This document shows, piece after piece, positions 7,092-7,766 of a stretch of DNA of 7,766 bases. This stretch comes from a virus (Duplodnaviria; Heunggongvirae; Uroviricota; Caudoviricetes). The position numbers were made by a program, and so were the translations under genes. The stretch is from IMG/VR virus record IMGVR_UViG_2698536571_000006; one strand, 5' to 3'. The notes below the pieces were generated by a model that saw only the letters and a program-made list of their open reading frames with translations, had not been told where the DNA came from and did not search any database. The stretch's first letter is position 1. Each line of letters starts with the position of its first letter.

Positions 7092-7676
7092 ATGGCAGTA
7101 AAGATTTCAGGTGTACTGAAAGATGGGGCGGGTAAANNNNNNNNNNNNNNNNNNNNNNNNNNNNNNNNNNNNNNNNNNNNNNNNNNNNNNNNNNNNNNNN
7201 NNNNNNNNNNNNNNNNNNNNNNNNNNNNNNNNNNNNNNNNNNNNNNNNNNNNNNNNNNNNNNNNNNNNNNNNNNNNNNNNNNNNNNNNNNNNNNNNNNNN
7301 NNNNNNNNNNNNNNNNNNNNNNNNNNNNNNNNNNNNNNNNNNNNNNNNNNNNNNNNNNNNNNNNNNNNNNNNNNNNNNNNNNNNNNCGGGTAAACCTGTC
7401 GTAAATTGTGCGATTGAACTGCGGGCCAGAAGAACCAGTCCGACCGTTGTGGCACACGTTGTTGCCACTTGCGTGACGGACAATAACGGTGCTTATGTGA
7501 TTGAGGCTGAGCCGGGGTATTACGAGGTTGCGCTTCACTGTAACGGCTGGCAGCCAACCCGTGTCGGGGATATTGATGTGGCACCGACTGATGCACCGGG
7601 GACACTGAACGCGTTTCTGAATGCACCAAAGGATGGTGATTTACGTCCGGAGGTGATGAAGTGTCAGCGCCAGTGA
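7092..7676 (+). CDS. stf: Side tail fibre protein (lambda Stf-like), N-terminal domain only (~195 codons), interrupted by a masked block and ending prematurely relative to full-length Stf; possibly a pseudogene
   Basis: ATG at 7092 (the track ORF start at 7050 lies inside the lom terminator hairpin); N-terminus MAVKISGVLKDGAGK resembles the lambda Stf N-terminus. After the masked block the frame continues GKPVVNCAIELRARRTSPTVV...PGTLNAFLNAPKDGDLRPEV, then stops at TGA 7674-7676. Confidence 0.55.
   Translation: MAVKISGVLKDGAGKXXXXXXXXXXXXXXXXXXXXXXXXXXXXXXXXXXXXXXXXXXXXXXXXXXXXXXXXXXXXXXXXXXXXXXXXXXXXXXXXXXXXGKPVVNCAIELRARRTSPTVVAHVVATCVTDNNGAYVIEAEPGYYEVALHCNGWQPTRVGDIDVAPTDAPGTLNAFLNAPKDGDLRPEVMKCQRQ
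7137..7386. other. Masked block (250 N) inside stf, flanked by the 8-bp direct repeat CGGGTAAA
   Basis: Run of N; CGGGTAAA occurs at 7129-7136 and again at 7387-7394. Confidence 1.
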
Positions 7677-7766
7677 TATAAGACGGTAATTCGCCATTTG
7701 GATTGTCCGCTCCACCCAACATGTTGTTTCCTTAAGGTTCTCACACCAGAAAGGACATCAACATGC

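Noticed and set aside
7050-7676. stf start at ATG 7050 (MTARWFRRAF...)
   Set aside because: That ATG and the following codons lie within the lom terminator hairpin; the ATG at 7092 gives the Stf-like N-terminus MAVKISGVLKDG and has a purine-rich SD-like sequence upstream.
2850-7766. Diversity-generating retroelement, CRISPR array or defence system associated with the tail fibre genes
   Set aside because: No reverse transcriptase-like ORF, no template/variable repeat pair and no short regularly spaced repeats are visible in the unmasked sequence; the masked 1.3 kb cannot be assessed, so this is not supported rather than disproved.

Overview
This window is the tail-tip module of a lambda-like (lambdoid) prophage on the + strand: a 3' remnant of the tape measure gene H, then M, L, K, I (K/I overlapping), the large tip/host-specificity gene J, a lom-family outer-membrane protein gene, and the 5' part of a side-tail-fibre (stf-like) gene. 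The prophage looks defective. At the left edge (1..~125, minus strand) sits the terminus of an IS3-family insertion sequence with the first 20 codons of its orfA transposase reading out of the window; it abuts the H remnant, which has stop codons in all three + frames upstream. The N-terminal two thirds of J look lambda-like, but the C-terminal third is divergent and visibly AT-richer, suggesting a mosaic receptor-binding region. Five N-masked blocks (about 1.3 kb, four inside J and one inside stf) hide sequence; the J frame is not conserved across three of them, and the stf block is flanked by an 8-bp direct repeat that duplicates the stf codons. All homology calls are from memory of lambda and IS3-family proteins and from motif inspection; no database search was possible. 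I do not see a recognisable defence system, CRISPR array, tRNA or rRNA in the unmasked sequence.
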